DNA of 64,000 bases from Macrostomum lignano (taxonomy: Eukaryota). Made by a program: the position numbers and the translations under genes. This document shows positions 63,999 to 64,000 of this stretch, piece after piece (within the stretch, counting starts at the first letter, position 1; each line of letters starts with the position of its first letter). The stretch lies in the NCBI GenBank assembly GCA_002269645.1, contig NIVC01000414.1, forward strand, positions 558,001 through 622,000, given 5' to 3'. The notes under the pieces are model-generated. The model saw only the letters and a program-made list of their open reading frames with translations, did no database searches and had not been told where the DNA came from.

Positions 63999-64000
63999 TC

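Overview
AT-rich, repeat-dense animal genomic DNA with spliceosomal GT-AG introns and GC-rich, poly-Ala/poly-Gln exons. The style resembles a free-living flatworm such as Macrostomum; that is inference only. Genes on the + strand: a WDR18/Ipi3-like gene (apparent 1-nt frameshift), ELOF1, a SIAH/Sina E3 ligase, a six-exon CC2D1/Lgd gene, and the 5' part of a perlecan-like Ig/laminin-EGF/laminin-IV gene that probably runs off the window. About 14.7 kb holding the last two CC2D1 exons (~20.8-35.5 kb) is repeated at ~38.7-49.7 kb; the second copy begins inside a 26-bp minisatellite. Three minus-strand paralogues of a secreted PAN/apple + fibrinogen-C protein lie in and between the copies: two intact, one frameshifted, with a 112-bp tract of perfect identity between the two divergent intact genes. 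Comparing the copies exposes filled and empty sites for a 4.2-kb Harbinger-like composite element (carrying decayed hAT and P-like transposase) and a 2.2-kb solo-LTR-like element. Other mobile DNA includes an open Crypton-type tyrosine recombinase ORF, a truncated transposase with a Chapaev/RAG1-like N-terminal Zn motif, MITEs, two tRNA-derived SINE families and many mini/microsatellites. The first 4.1 kb is almost free of CpG. All exon coordinates were derived by hand from splice signals and frame continuity; no database search was run.
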